64,000 nt of DNA from an uncultured Planctomycetaceae bacterium (GTDB lineage: Bacteria > Planctomycetota > Planctomycetia > Planctomycetales > Planctomycetaceae), in NCBI GenBank assembly GCA_963815195.1, contig CAWFGE010000023.1:613908-677907 (forward strand), written 5' to 3'. Each line of letters starts with the position of its first letter. Within the stretch, counting starts at the first letter, position 1. Below the pieces are notes generated by a model that was not told the DNA's origin, searched no databases, and worked only from the letters and a program-made list of their open reading frames with translations. Shown here in pieces: positions 63,172 to 64,000 of the stretch. The position numbers and the translations under genes are program-made.

Positions 63172-63785
63172 TTGACGGCGACCCTGATCAAGCAGCTCAG
63201 CCGGGACTGCGGTTTCGACCTGGCCGGCATCGCCCCCGCCGAGCCCGTGCCGGAAAGCGGAGCAGTACCTCGAATGGGCCCATTCGGGGATGGCCGGGGA
63301 GATGGGCTACCTCACGGACCATCGCGCCGAACTCCGCCTATCGCCCAAAGATCTTCTCCCGGGAGCCCGCGCCGTCATCTGCGTGGCCAAGCTCTACAAT
63401 GGACCCGAGCCGCGCTCGACCGAGTTCTCCGCCGCCGAGCGCGCCTGGATCTCCCGGTACGCCTGGGGCGACGATTATCATGACGTCCTGCGCCGGGATC
63501 TTCGCCGGTTGGCCGCGCGAATCGCCGAGTCCGGAGCCCCGCCGTTCGAGTACAAGATTTGCGTTGACGCCGCGCCGTTTCTCGACGCCGCCTACGCCCG
63601 TTACGCCGGCCTCGGTTGGATTGGCAAGAACACGTGTCTCATCAACCAAGCGAAGGGATCGTGGTTCTTCCTCGGCGCCTTGCTGACCTCGTTGGAACTG
63701 GAAGCTGACGCCCCGCCGCCCAGCCGTTGTGGGACCTGCACCCGCTGCATCGACGCCTGTCCCACCCCGCCATTGTTCCCGCCGC
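63172..63785 (+). CDS. queG: Epoxyqueuosine reductase, frameshifted and truncated at ~63785
   Basis: AGGAG SD + TTG; CGFDLAGI, GEMGYL, ISRYAWGDDYH, CVD.AP, AGLGWIGKNT, GSWFFLG, CGTCTRCIDACPT; the second Fe-S motif is absent. Confidence 0.88.
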
Positions 63786-64000
63786 CACCAGCCCGCACCA
63801 GGGTCTCTCGGTCCAGCGCATTGCCGACAACGTCGACACCTTCAGTCGCCTCGCGGTCGATGACGACGGTCGTCTCCCCGGCATCGGCGAGCATCTGTCG
63901 TACCTTGCGGCCGACCTCGCCGAAACCTGCGATCACGATAGGCCCGAGCCGCGTCAGGGGTATGGCCAGGCTATCCAGCCGCTCCAGAGCCGCCTCAGGG
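63786..64000 (-). CDS. Internal fragment of a TrkA-N/KTN (RCK) domain, as in Kef-type cation:proton antiporters
   Basis: PIVIAGFGEVGRKVRQMLADAGETTVVID…DVVGNALDRETLVRAG; homology ends abruptly at the queG junction. Confidence 0.7.

Overview
High-GC bacterial chromosomal segment, most likely Acidobacteriota (Bryobacterales/Solibacter-like). This is inferred from the GWxTD protein, acidobacterial-type VWA protein, Oar-like TonB-dependent receptor, many Tat-exported sugar enzymes and a Tes-like radical SAM gene. About 50 genes are present: glycoside hydrolases, three sensor kinases (two with adjacent response regulators), an argF-argG-argH-argR operon with tandem ARG boxes, a moaDE-VWA-Hfq-like-suhB cluster, a periplasmic folding/redox cluster, two REC-CpaE ATPases facing two Tad pseudopilin genes, tRNA-Arg(CCG), a glucarate-type dehydratase pair, an S9 peptidase and a truncated queG. 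Many genes carry single-base indels, densest after ~51.8 kb, which I read as long-read consensus errors, so several coordinates are reconstructed and approximate. The best candidate for an undescribed system is a tightly coupled, signal-peptide-less operon at 38.1-42.1 kb encoding an astacin-like protease, an M4/M36-like protease and a ComEC-type MBL hydrolase. Other highlights are a Tes/GDGT-MAS-like radical SAM enzyme (60.8-63.0 kb) and a 43-aa Lys/Arg-rich small ORF (47569-47700) missing from the ORF track. No CRISPR array, rRNA or transposase/integrase was seen.
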